A DNA stretch of 64,000 nt from Nitrospirae bacterium MYbin3. Lineage in GTDB: Bacteria > Nitrospirota > Thermodesulfovibrionia > Thermodesulfovibrionales > Dissulfurispiraceae. Below are positions 8,987 to 18,517 of the stretch, piece after piece; positions within the stretch are counted from its first letter, which is position 1, and each line of letters starts with the position of its first letter. The position numbers were made by a program, and so were the translations under genes. The DNA is taken from positions 1-64,000 of the forward strand of contig PEAD01000010.1 in NCBI GenBank assembly GCA_002753335.1, read 5' to 3'. Below the pieces are notes generated by a model. That model searched no databases and was not told where the DNA came from. It saw only the letters and a list, made by a program, of their open reading frames with translations.

Positions 8987-9994
8987 ATGATAAAACAGAT
9001 ATCAAAGACAACATCTCTAACCCGGCAGGGCTGGCTTTTATTTTTTTACAGCGTTCCGTCCAAGCCGGTCAGCGGCAGGATGAAGATCTGGAGAAAACTG
9101 GCCAAGACAGGCACTCTGCAATTCAAGGGAGCAGTTTACATGCTTCCGATGTCTGATGAGCACTACGAGTTTTTTAGCTGGTTAGTTGACGAAGTCGAGG
9201 CTATGGGCGGAGAAGCCGCGTTTACAAGGGTTGCGTGCATAGACTCTGTGGATGACCAACAGATAATCGAACTTTTTAGACAAAGAAAAGCTGAAGAATA
9301 CATTCCTGTCAGCAAAGCAATAGATAATCTTGAAACAAAGCTCAACAGCATAAAAAAAGGCTCTAGTCTGAAAAACCTTTCTCACCTTTCAGGAGAGGCG
9401 GCAAAAATATCCAAGGCCTTTGAAGAAGCGATAAAAACAGATTTCTTTTCGTCGACAACCGGAAAAACTTTGCAAAAAAAGCTCGCTGCTTTACTCTCAA
9501 CGCTTAAAGACTTTTCTGGTGATACGCATAAAGATAGGGTTTCACCTGTTCCTCAAAAAAGTATTTCGGATTATCAGCGCATGGTTTGGGTTACACGCAA
9601 AAAACCTTTTGTTGACCGCATGGCTTCTGCATGGCTTATCAAAAGGTTTATAGACAGGCAAGCCTCTTTCCGGTTTGCTGATGAAAAAGAGCTTGCTGCT
9701 GTCGGCAAAGGGCAAATAACCTTTGATATGAGCGGAGGAGAATTTACACATGCGGGAGAACTCTGCACCTTTGAGGTTCTTGTCAGAGCCTTCGGCATAA
9801 AAGATAAAGCTGTCAGAAAGATTGCAGAGCTGGTCCATGAGCTTGATATTAAAGACGACAAATACAGGAATGCCGAAACAAAGGGGCTGGAAGAGATTTT
9901 ATCTGGACTCAGAAAGTCGGCAGCTAATGATACTGAATTGCTAGAAAAAGGCATATCGATTTTTGAGATGCTGTACTTATCTAAAACCGCCTAA
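8987..9994 (+). CDS. chrB: Chromate-responsive regulator ChrB
   Basis: WLLFFYSVP..P..GR+KIWRKL; WVTRKKPFVDRMASAWLIKRFID; FTH.GE.CTFE. Confidence 0.88.
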   Translation: MIKQISKTTSLTRQGWLLFFYSVPSKPVSGRMKIWRKLAKTGTLQFKGAVYMLPMSDEHYEFFSWLVDEVEAMGGEAAFTRVACIDSVDDQQIIELFRQRKAEEYIPVSKAIDNLETKLNSIKKGSSLKNLSHLSGEAAKISKAFEEAIKTDFFSSTTGKTLQKKLAALLSTLKDFSGDTHKDRVSPVPQKSISDYQRMVWVTRKKPFVDRMASAWLIKRFIDRQASFRFADEKELAAVGKGQITFDMSGGEFTHAGELCTFEVLVRAFGIKDKAVRKIAELVHELDIKDDKYRNAETKGLEEILSGLRKSAANDTELLEKGISIFEMLYLSKTA

Positions 9995-10009
9995 TCGGGA
10001 GGAACTATT

Positions 10010-11302
10010 TTGACAACCAAACCAACATTTCCTGAAGCCTTCCGCTACTGGCTCAAACTGGGATTTATCAGTTTCGGCGGGCCTACGGGCCAGATTGCTA
10101 TGATGCACAAAGAGGTGGTGGAGAAGAAAAAGTGGATGGATGACGACCATTTTCTCCAAGCCCTAAATTTCTGCATGCTCCTGCCGGGGCCTGAGGCCCA
10201 GCAGCTTGCCACCTATATAGGATGGCTCATGCACAAAGCATGGGGAGGCATAGCAGCCGGCGTTCTTTTTATACTCCCATCAGCTTTTATTTTATGGGCG
10301 CTTTCGTGGCTATATGCCGCATACGGAAATGTTCCGTCAGTAGCAGCGTTTCTTTACGGCCTCAAGCCTGCTGTTGCAGCAATAGTTGCAGAAGCTGTAA
10401 TTCGAATAGGAAAGAAGTCGCTTAAAAACAGCGTGCTTATTGCTCTGGCAGCATTGTCCTTTGTCTCGATCTATTTTCTTAAGGCCCAGTTCCCATTAAT
10501 AGTCCTGTCGGCAGGCTGTATAGGCTACATCGGAGGCATATATGCACCGACTATTTTTTCAGCCGCAAAAAATGCTAAAGGCACGACACCAACTCTCATT
10601 TCTAATCTGTCGAGTGATTCTCAGGTTAAGGCCGGATGGACAAGGTCAGTTAAGGTCGTAACGTTATGCTTGTCAATATGGTTTCTGCCTTTGGTGCTGA
10701 TAGGCTTGTGGCGCGGCTGGGATGACATCTTTATGGATATCGGTGTCTTGTTCAGCAAAGCAGCTCTGGTCACTTTTGGCGGAGCCTATTCGGTTCTTGC
10801 ATACATAAGCCAGCAAGCGGTGGAACAGTTCGGATGGCTTCAGCCGGAGCAGATGATGGACGGCCTCGGACTTGCCGAAACAACCCCAGGTCCTTTGATA
10901 ATGGTCAATCAGTTTGTGGGCTATGTTGCAGCCTTTACACATGCAAAGGGGCTTACGCCTGCAGTTGCAGGCGCCATCGGAGGTCTTCTTACAACATGGG
11001 TGACCTTTGTGCCGTCATTTCTGATGATATTCTTATGTGCGCCTTATATCGAAAGTCTACGTGGGAATATCAAAATAGGTTCAGCCCTTTCGGCAGTCAC
11101 CGCGGCGGTGGTCGGTGTCGTCCTGAGTCTCGGGGTGACTTTTACTTATCATACGCTTCTTCCTGAACACGCCGGTTTTGACTGGTTTGCATTACTCGCC
11201 ATATTAATCACTTTTGCAGGGATGCAGTTTTATAAATGGGGAATGATACCGGTTATTGCTGGGGCAGCCCTTGCCGGTTTTTTGTGGAAAACGATTTTTT
11301 AA
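10010..11302 (+). CDS. chrA: Chromate efflux transporter ChrA (long-chain CHR)
   Basis: LGFISFGGPTGQIAMM, LPGPEAQQLATYIG, TFGGAYSVL, ETTPGPLI; TTG start after a GGAGG RBS. Confidence 0.93.
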   Translation: MTTKPTFPEAFRYWLKLGFISFGGPTGQIAMMHKEVVEKKKWMDDDHFLQALNFCMLLPGPEAQQLATYIGWLMHKAWGGIAAGVLFILPSAFILWALSWLYAAYGNVPSVAAFLYGLKPAVAAIVAEAVIRIGKKSLKNSVLIALAALSFVSIYFLKAQFPLIVLSAGCIGYIGGIYAPTIFSAAKNAKGTTPTLISNLSSDSQVKAGWTRSVKVVTLCLSIWFLPLVLIGLWRGWDDIFMDIGVLFSKAALVTFGGAYSVLAYISQQAVEQFGWLQPEQMMDGLGLAETTPGPLIMVNQFVGYVAAFTHAKGLTPAVAGAIGGLLTTWVTFVPSFLMIFLCAPYIESLRGNIKIGSALSAVTAAVVGVVLSLGVTFTYHTLLPEHAGFDWFALLAILITFAGMQFYKWGMIPVIAGAALAGFLWKTIF

Positions 11303-11319
11303 AAAAAGGAGGAAAACTT

Positions 11320-11604
11320 ATGCCGCCCGTAGCAAAACATTTCAAGACAAGCAGTGAGAGGACAGGTAAAGAGTATCGCGAGGTTCATGAATGGCTCGAC
11401 AACGACCCTGAGAAAAAGGCCGAACGCCATGACCTGACAAAGATTTATGAGTACGGAAAAATGATTGAGGAAAAGTACGGCGAGGAGGCGCGGAACGAGT
11501 ATATTCGGCACCTTCATGATGATGTAAAAACCAAATTCGAACACCTTCAGCACGACCTCGAAAAGACAATAGCAGATACTCTCGCTTATTTCGGCGTGAA
11601 ATAG
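11320..11604 (+). CDS. Small hypothetical protein (94 aa), His/acidic motifs suggest metal binding
   Basis: AGGAGG RBS; motifs KH, VHEWLD, ERHD, RHLHDD. Confidence 0.7.
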   Translation: MPPVAKHFKTSSERTGKEYREVHEWLDNDPEKKAERHDLTKIYEYGKMIEEKYGEEARNEYIRHLHDDVKTKFEHLQHDLEKTIADTLAYFGVK

Positions 11605-11612
11605 GAGGCACT

Positions 11613-12161
11613 ATGGGCTACAAAATTCAGGATTCGGATATAGGGATTCTCAGAAGTTCTGGCGTTTCGGAAGAGGACATTGCCCACTGTAAAAAAGTTG
11701 CAGAAAAGGCGCTCGAAATTGCCGAACGCACAGGTGCAAATATTGATTTTGAGCTTGTAGGCAGGGGAGCGCTCTTTCATGACCTTGGCAAGTCCAAAAC
11801 TCACGAAATGGAACACGGCAAGATTGGCGCAGAGCTCGGCAGGCAGATTGGGCTGCCGCAAGCGATTACGGACATAATGGAAAAGCATATCCGTGGCGGA
11901 CTGACAGAACCTGAGGCTATCGAGCTCGGACTGCCGGTCAAGGACTATACGCTAAAAAGGCTTGAAGAGCGGATTGTGATTTATGCCGACAGGTTAGTTG
12001 ACATAATAACCGATGGCATCGTAACGATAAACGATGAACTTGAGGCAGAAACCAGGTTTGAAACTATACTTCAAACAATACCAAAGTACGGCAAGAACGA
12101 GATAACGCTACAACGCTATCTCGGCTATCACCGCGAGATTCAGGGGCTTATGAACAAATGA
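11613..12161 (+). CDS. HD-domain metal-dependent phosphohydrolase (TIGR00295-like)
   Basis: AHCKKV, ALFHDLGK, EHG, KHI.GG, YADRL. Confidence 0.8.
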   Translation: MGYKIQDSDIGILRSSGVSEEDIAHCKKVAEKALEIAERTGANIDFELVGRGALFHDLGKSKTHEMEHGKIGAELGRQIGLPQAITDIMEKHIRGGLTEPEAIELGLPVKDYTLKRLEERIVIYADRLVDIITDGIVTINDELEAETRFETILQTIPKYGKNEITLQRYLGYHREIQGLMNK

Positions 12162-13333
12162 TTCTAAGCCCATTCAGACTGCTCTGCGCCACCGGGCTTT
12201 TTGCTATCTTCAGCTCTACGATATCAAAAAGCCCGGTGCTGCCTTTGTTTGCCTCTCACTTAGGGGCAGGCCCATCTGAGGTTGGATTTGTGGCGGCCAT
12301 CTCTGCATTTACAGGCGTTGTGTTCAGTTTTCCTGCCGGCATCTTTGCGGACAGGATAGGCAAAAGAAAGATGCTGCTTTTTTCATCAATAATATTTTCG
12401 ACCGCACCGGTGCTCTATCTTTTTGTTACACAAATATGGCAGTTAGCCTTGGTAAGGTTCTACCACGGCTTTTCGACAGCCATATTCCTTCCTGTTGCGA
12501 TGGCCTTTGTCTCGGAATTATTCCATAAAGAGAGAGGCGAAAAAATGGGCTGGTTTTCGACCTCAACTCTCATAGGCAGGTTTATGGCACCTCTTGCAGG
12601 AGGAACCATTATCGGGGCGATGGCCTTAAATCAGAGTGAAGCCTTTGTTGGCGTATATGTTGTATGCGGCATCGCCGGAGCGGCAACTTTTCTTATTGCC
12701 CTGTTCCTTCCTAATTCAGCAGAAGCCCATCCGCAAAAACAGACCTGGACAGAAACACTAAGTGCGTTCAAGCAAGTTGCGGCCGACCGGGCGATAGTCC
12801 TTACCTGTGCTGTTGAAGCCGCAATACTCTTTGCATACGGCACCTTTGAAACATTTCTGCCGCTTTATGCTGTGAGCGCAGGCATAAGCCCCTACAAGGT
12901 GGGGGTATTTTTATCGGCGCAGGTTATTACGCTTGCGTTGTCAAAGCCGGTTATGGGCAGATTCTCTGACAGGCACGGCAGAAAGCCGCAGATATTTTTC
13001 GGCGCCATGGTGGGCGCATTATGCATAGCCTGTTTCTCGTTTTTCAGTTCTTTTATTCCTCTTCTGTTTGTCAGCATCGCTTTCGGCATGAGCCTTTCGA
13101 TAGTAACCTCGGCCACATCGGCATACATCGCAGACCTGAGCAACAAACAGGCAAGAGGTTCTGCTATGGGACTTCTCGGTTCTATAATGGATATCGGACA
13201 TACAACAGGGCCCCTTCTTTCCGGGATTATTGCGGCGCATTTCGGGTTTGCACAAGCCTTTATCTGCGCATCTTTTGTGCTTGTTGCGGCAGCGGTTATA
13301 TTCAGAGCGGCTTTAAAAATTCAGCAGAATTAA
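12158..13333 (+). CDS. MFS transporter
   Basis: About 12 TM segments; GIFADRIGKR and GRFSDRHGRK motif A. Confidence 0.9.
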   Translation: MILSPFRLLCATGLFAIFSSTISKSPVLPLFASHLGAGPSEVGFVAAISAFTGVVFSFPAGIFADRIGKRKMLLFSSIIFSTAPVLYLFVTQIWQLALVRFYHGFSTAIFLPVAMAFVSELFHKERGEKMGWFSTSTLIGRFMAPLAGGTIIGAMALNQSEAFVGVYVVCGIAGAATFLIALFLPNSAEAHPQKQTWTETLSAFKQVAADRAIVLTCAVEAAILFAYGTFETFLPLYAVSAGISPYKVGVFLSAQVITLALSKPVMGRFSDRHGRKPQIFFGAMVGALCIACFSFFSSFIPLLFVSIAFGMSLSIVTSATSAYIADLSNKQARGSAMGLLGSIMDIGHTTGPLLSGIIAAHFGFAQAFICASFVLVAAAVIFRAALKIQQN

Positions 13334-14214
13334 AGCAGGACAGGCATTCCGAGCGACTTGATTAAAGATGTTCTGTTTATCATATCCCCTATTAAGACAA
13401 GACGTCCGTTAGTACAATTGCCTTCAAACGGAACAGCATCAGTTTTGCCGTATGAAAAATCAAACCTGTATACGCCCCTGTCTGTATGTATCAAAGCCTT
13501 TGCCCTCACTATATTGCCGTGTATTCCCTTTGCAATGTCGCCAAATAGATTTTCGATTTCCCCAAAAGATAAGCTATGTTTTAAAGGCAGTGATGCTGTA
13601 TCAAAATCAAAATGGAATGATGATTCCGGCTTGTAAACACCTTTCGATTTGGCTTCGGGCAAAGAATCGTCTATCATCGCCCTAACCGTTTTATAAACTA
13701 TCGCAGAGGGATTCATCTTGGCAATAATCTCTGCTGTCCTTGCAATGTCCGCGCTGTTTGAGAAATCGATTTTATTAACAATCAGGATTCCGGAATTTAC
13801 TATCTGGTCTTCAAAAAAACTGCCGTACATTCCGGATTCGTAAAATTCCAGAAACTCTGAAGCATCGATTATGCCTACTACTGTAATGTTGTCGAACTTC
13901 AGAATTTCTAGGGCTTCAAGAATGCCTGATACAGAGGCTACCCCGCTCGGCTCTATAACAAGATGCTCCGGTTTTAATTCTTTAAGGATTTTTTCTATTG
14001 TTGTTATAAGGTCAAACTTTAGAGTGCAGCAAACACAGCCGCTCGGCAGTTCTATCGTCTCTATTCCGCCTGTGGAGATAATCTCACCATCTATCCCTGC
14101 ACTGCCGAAATCATTGACAAGCACAACGGTTTTAAGTTTGTTGTTTTTGAGATAGCCCTGAATAAAAGTGGTTTTGCCCGAACCCAAAAGTCCGCATACA
14201 ACGGTAATCTTCAT
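13330..14214 (-). CDS. COG0523/CobW-family G3E metallochaperone GTPase
   Basis: GLLGSGKTT, VNDFG, GCVCC, IEPSG, NKID. Confidence 0.85.
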   Translation of the reverse strand: MKITVVCGLLGSGKTTFIQGYLKNNKLKTVVLVNDFGSAGIDGEIISTGGIETIELPSGCVCCTLKFDLITTIEKILKELKPEHLVIEPSGVASVSGILEALEILKFDNITVVGIIDASEFLEFYESGMYGSFFEDQIVNSGILIVNKIDFSNSADIARTAEIIAKMNPSAIVYKTVRAMIDDSLPEAKSKGVYKPESSFHFDFDTASLPLKHSLSFGEIENLFGDIAKGIHGNIVRAKALIHTDRGVYRFDFSYGKTDAVPFEGNCTNGRLVLIGDMINRTSLIKSLGMPVLL

Positions 14215-14250
14215 TGTTTTATTTTTCAGAAATAGATTGCTTGGACAATA

Positions 14251-14748
14251 TTACGGCGTGGTCGGAGGACGATGGATAACCTTGACAAATACATCCTTAA
14301 AGCCGTTAGCCATTCTAAAATTATCTTGGGAGCTTAAGGGCAATGGCACCGCCGTTGTATATGGTTTATTAGCAACTTCTATTTTAGTCCCTTTTTTACC
14401 GTTAGCGTTTATTATTACCGGCTCTTTCAGATTTGCTTCAACAATATTTGTATTTTTGTTGAACGAAAGAAATGTGAGCACGCAGATATCCTTGACGTTC
14501 TCGATTTTCAAAAGGGCTTCGGCCGCATCCGTAAGCGAAAAAGAATAATCAGGAAAGAAAATAAAGGGATCTGTGGCCATGAATGCCAGGTTAGGATCAT
14601 CAATGGAATGCAGCCACAGTATCCGGTTCTCAAAACCGATCAGAAAAAACCGCTTAAGAGAACTTAAGCCTTCGATTCCTTTGGGAAAGCTGATTATCCT
14701 GTCGTCTTCTATGTTCAGTGTGCCAAATCGTGCAGTATTTACCCTCAC
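14251..14748 (-). CDS. fliW: Flagellar assembly factor FliW
   Basis: T.RFG, FP.GI.G, WL.SIDDP.LAF..DPF.FFPDY, ANL..P+IIN. Confidence 0.8.
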   Translation of the reverse strand: MRVNTARFGTLNIEDDRIISFPKGIEGLSSLKRFFLIGFENRILWLHSIDDPNLAFMATDPFIFFPDYSFSLTDAAEALLKIENVKDICVLTFLSFNKNTNIVEANLKEPVIINANGKKGTKIEVANKPYTTAVPLPLSSQDNFRMANGFKDVFVKVIHRPPTTP

Positions 14749-14786
14749 TAGCTTCTCCGGTTTATATTATATTTTGGCAGTTTTGC

Positions 14787-15107
14787 CTACCTGACTGTTA
14801 TGGACAGTTTTTTCTCTTTGTCTTCGGCCAAACTCCTAAGTATCAGGTATTCGTCCGACGGTATCTGCATAACAACTCTTCCATTGCTGTCCTGAAACTT
14901 CAAGACCGCTGTGCCTTCTTTGTAAATTACAGAAACAGCCTCTGACTTACCGACCGAGGCAGCCTCCTGGCTTGCAGTCTTTGCCTGTTCCTGCACTATG
15001 CCGGATGTCTGTTTTGCCTGGGCTGCGGCTGTGTCAGCAGCGGCCTGTTGCTGCATAAACGCTGATACGGCACCAGAATTAATGCTTGTGTTAACTGTAT
15101 AAGCCAT
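14787..15107 (-). CDS. FlaG-like protein
   Basis: Low-complexity N-terminus, then VLKFQDSNGRVVMQIPSDEYL (FlaG-like); sigma28 promoter upstream. Confidence 0.6.
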   Translation of the reverse strand: MAYTVNTSINSGAVSAFMQQQAAADTAAAQAKQTSGIVQEQAKTASQEAASVGKSEAVSVIYKEGTAVLKFQDSNGRVVMQIPSDEYLILRSLAEDKEKKLSITVR

Positions 15108-15150
15108 TTTTTGTCACCTCCTCATATCAATGCATTTGTAGGTATCTTTT

Positions 15151-15177
15151 TTATCGGTTATAATGCATAAAACTTTA
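15151..15177 (-). promoter_or_regulatory. Sigma28 (FliA) promoter
   Basis: Minus strand reads TAAA-N15-ACCGATAA against consensus TAAA-N15-GCCGATAA, upstream of the flaG-like gene and fliW. Confidence 0.7.
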
Positions 15178-15191
15178 CCGTAAAGATTTTG

Positions 15192-16016
15192 TTAAGAAGG
15201 CCTTCTTTGACGCAAAACCTCATAAAGACAGATTCCGGCAGACATGCTTACATTCAAGCTTTCTGTTTTATCATTCATAGGGATGGTTACAAGAAAATCC
15301 GCTTTGTCCTTGAAAGCACTCCCTGCTCCGGACGCTTCCGAGCCTAAGATTAAGGCTACAGGCCCTGTAAAATCTCTTTTATAAACAGCATTATTGCCAT
15401 GAGCTTCCGCAAGATACAGCGGTATGTTTTTGGATTTCAGGAAATTTATTACATCTGTCGATTGTGCGCATACCACCGGCAGATTAAAGATGCTTCCTGC
15501 GGTTGCCCTGATACACTTGGCCGAAACCGGATTGCATGAGCCTTCCACAACAAACACAGCATCCGCTCCGGCAGCATCGCTGACCCTGATTATAGAGCCC
15601 ATGTTTCCGGGGTCCTGGATTCGGTCACATACGACAACCAGCGGCTTGGACTTGAAATTTATATTTTTGAGCTCAGGTTTTCTGTATTCAACTTCAAGAA
15701 TTATTCCCTGCGGGGTTTCTGTATCAGAAAGCTTTTTCATAACTGATGGAGAAACCTCTATGCAGGAATTACCAGGATCGGCCAAAAGAGATTTTATTTC
15801 TGCCATAAGCCGTCCACCCTCAGCACTTTTAAGCAATGTTTCTGTATAAAAACATTTTAGAAAAGAAACATTTGCAGAAATAGCGCTTTTTATAATACGC
15901 AGGCCCTCTATCAGAAGCCGGTCATTTGGTTTGCCCGGCTTCTCTTTAATACGCAGGCAATCATTGATAATCCTGTTATGAACACTCGTTATCTTCATCG
16001 GGTCATAGTTTATCAA
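15192..16016 (-). CDS. TrmH/SpoU-family RNA 2'-O-methyltransferase
   Basis: DRIQDPGNMGSIIR, LGSEASG, IPM...ESLNVS. Confidence 0.9.
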   Translation of the reverse strand: MINYDPMKITSVHNRIINDCLRIKEKPGKPNDRLLIEGLRIIKSAISANVSFLKCFYTETLLKSAEGGRLMAEIKSLLADPGNSCIEVSPSVMKKLSDTETPQGIILEVEYRKPELKNINFKSKPLVVVCDRIQDPGNMGSIIRVSDAAGADAVFVVEGSCNPVSAKCIRATAGSIFNLPVVCAQSTDVINFLKSKNIPLYLAEAHGNNAVYKRDFTGPVALILGSEASGAGSAFKDKADFLVTIPMNDKTESLNVSMSAGICLYEVLRQRRPS

Positions 16017-16087
16017 AACCTTTGTAATTATTGCACAAAATCTTTTATTTCCTTGACACTACAGAGTTAAAACAGAAATAATGACAA

Positions 16088-17011
16088 ATGAGTCAGCAAT
16101 TCAGAGCTTTCGGTCCGTATCTTAGGGAAAAATTCGGGGCGATTGTCTATAAGGTGAATGTTGATGCTGGTTTTACATGCCCAAACAGAGACGGGACTCT
16201 CGGCGTTACAGGCTGCATCTACTGCAACAACGACAGCTTCAGGCCGGCAAAATGCACCCCAGAAACTCCTCTTAATACACAGATACGAAATGGCATCAGC
16301 TATTTATCGCTAAGGTATAGGGCTAAAAAATTTCTGGTCTATTTTCAGCCTTTCACCAATACTTATGCATCTGTCGATGAACTAGAAAGGCTTTATCGCG
16401 AGGCGCTTTCTGAACCCTCTGTTATAGGGCTTGCGATCGGCACAAGACCTGACTGCGTTGACCAGCAAAAGATTGAACTGCTTGAATCGCTTGCAAAAGA
16501 GTATTTTATACTTGTTGAGTATGGAGTGCAGTCGGTTTATGACAAGTCGCTCGAATACATGATGCGCGGACACGACTACAGGGCTTTCACCGATGCGGTT
16601 GAAATGACCGCAAACAGAGGCATACATATCGGCGCGCATACGATTGTCGGCTTTCCGACAGAAACGACGGAAGAAATGCTCTCGATGGCCGAAATTATTT
16701 CTGATCTTCCTGTGAATTTTTTAAAGATACATCAGTTGCAGGTGATAAAAAATACGGTTATGGCAGAACAGTTTGCACAGGAACCTTTTCACACCTTTGC
16801 CTATGATGAGTATCTCGATTTCCTTGTTGATTTTGTAGAACGGCTCTCACCCGACATGATACTACAGAGGCTTTTTGCCACCGCTCCTGACGATATTTTA
16901 GTCGCCCCTCTTTGGGGAAAGACAAGGCAGCAGATAATAAAAGATATAGATGAGAGGTTTAAAGCGAGAAATGCTTTCCAAGGCTCTAAGCGCTTATGTG
17001 TACGGAATTAA
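16088..17011 (+). CDS. YhcC/TIGR01212-family radical SAM protein
   Basis: DAGFTCPNRDG...GCIYC, YFQPFTNTY, IGTRPDC, KIHQL. Confidence 0.9.
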   Translation: MSQQFRAFGPYLREKFGAIVYKVNVDAGFTCPNRDGTLGVTGCIYCNNDSFRPAKCTPETPLNTQIRNGISYLSLRYRAKKFLVYFQPFTNTYASVDELERLYREALSEPSVIGLAIGTRPDCVDQQKIELLESLAKEYFILVEYGVQSVYDKSLEYMMRGHDYRAFTDAVEMTANRGIHIGAHTIVGFPTETTEEMLSMAEIISDLPVNFLKIHQLQVIKNTVMAEQFAQEPFHTFAYDEYLDFLVDFVERLSPDMILQRLFATAPDDILVAPLWGKTRQQIIKDIDERFKARNAFQGSKRLCVRN

Positions 17012-18503
17012 CGCGAACCTTGTAGAGGTTGAGGTTGATATCTCATCCAAGGGGCTGCCTCATTTTTCTATGGTGGGACTGCCTGACGCGGCAGTAAAAG
17101 AGAGCAGAGACCGCATCAAGGCAGCTCTGAAAAACATAGGCTTTCAGTTTCCGCTCAAACAAATTACCGTAAACCTGGCTCCGGCAGATATGAGAAAAGA
17201 GGGGTCTGCTTTTGATCTCCCGATAGCCGTAGGCATTGTGGCGGCAGAAGAAATAATACCCAAACACAACCTTGCGAATTACATGATAGCTGGAGAACTT
17301 TCGCTCGACGGCAAAGTTAAGTCTGTACGGGGTGCGCTGTCTATAGCGATAGAGGCTAAAAGGCTAGGGCTTAAAGGTGTAATTTTACCTGCCGAAAACG
17401 CTGCTGAAGCTGCGGTTGTGAGCGGCATTGACACATTCGGTGTAGAAAGTCTGCCTGATGTAATAGAGTTCATCGGCGGATTAAAAGAAAAAGCCCCGCA
17501 TACCGTAGATGTTGGTGTTGCAATGGCGGCAAGCCAGTTTTACGAGGATGATTTTGCTGATGTAAAAGGACAGGAGCATGCAAAGAGAGCGCTTGAAGTG
17601 GCTGCCTCTGGAAGCCACAATATTACACTCATAGGCCCCCCGGGTAGCGGCAAAACTATGCTCGCTAAAAGACTACAATCAATCCTGCCCCCTATGACAT
17701 TTGACGAAGCCCTAGAATCAACTAAAATACACAGCGTCGCAGGTTTGCTGGATGAGGGACAGGCATTGCTTGCCAACAGGCCTTACAGATCGCCCCATCA
17801 CACCACATCAGATGTAGCGCTTATAGGCGGGGGGCAGTACCCCCGGCCGGGCGAGGTTTCTCTTGCGCACAACGGAATTCTCTTTCTAGATGAACTGCCG
17901 GAGTTCAAAAGAAATGTGCTTGAAGTTTTAAGACAGCCGCTCGAAAGCGGAACAGTGACAGTATCCCGCGCTGCTGCTACAGTATCGTATCCGGCGCAGT
18001 TTGTCCTCGTTGCTGCGATGAATCCATGCCCCTGCGGCTATAGCGGGGATGCCCGGCACGAATGCTCCTGCACACCTAGAATGATCAGCCGCTACCGGTC
18101 AAAAGTTTCGGGGCCGTTAATGGATAGGATAGACATCCACATCGACGTTCCTTCAGTCCCCTATAAAAAGCTTTCTGAAGGCCGCTCAGGCGAAAATTCC
18201 GAAAACATAAGGCAGCGTGTCGCAGAGGCACGAGAGCGCCAGCTCAAAAGATTCAAAGGTGATAAAATATTTGCAAACAGCCATATGAAAACTCGCCACA
18301 TAAAAAAACATTGCGGGCTTGCAAGTGAATCGCAGGCTATAGTTGATGCTGCTATGCAAAAACTCGGATTGAGCGCTAGGGCGTATTCAAGGATTTTGAA
18401 AGTATCGAGGACCATCGCCGACCTTGACGGTTCGGACGATATAAAAAGCCACCATGTCTCTGAGGCCATCCAGTACAGGACTCTTGACAGGGCTAATATT
18501 TAG
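16971..18503 (+). CDS. comM: ComM/YifB Mg-chelatase-like AAA+ ATPase
   Basis: VGLPDAAVKESRDR, GPPGSGKT, RSPHH, LFLDELPEF, MNPCPCG. Start adjusted to 16971. Confidence 0.92.
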   Translation: MLSKALSAYVYGINANLVEVEVDISSKGLPHFSMVGLPDAAVKESRDRIKAALKNIGFQFPLKQITVNLAPADMRKEGSAFDLPIAVGIVAAEEIIPKHNLANYMIAGELSLDGKVKSVRGALSIAIEAKRLGLKGVILPAENAAEAAVVSGIDTFGVESLPDVIEFIGGLKEKAPHTVDVGVAMAASQFYEDDFADVKGQEHAKRALEVAASGSHNITLIGPPGSGKTMLAKRLQSILPPMTFDEALESTKIHSVAGLLDEGQALLANRPYRSPHHTTSDVALIGGGQYPRPGEVSLAHNGILFLDELPEFKRNVLEVLRQPLESGTVTVSRAAATVSYPAQFVLVAAMNPCPCGYSGDARHECSCTPRMISRYRSKVSGPLMDRIDIHIDVPSVPYKKLSEGRSGENSENIRQRVAEARERQLKRFKGDKIFANSHMKTRHIKKHCGLASESQAIVDAAMQKLGLSARAYSRILKVSRTIADLDGSDDIKSHHVSEAIQYRTLDRANI

Positions 18504-18517
18504 GGGGGGGGGACAAA

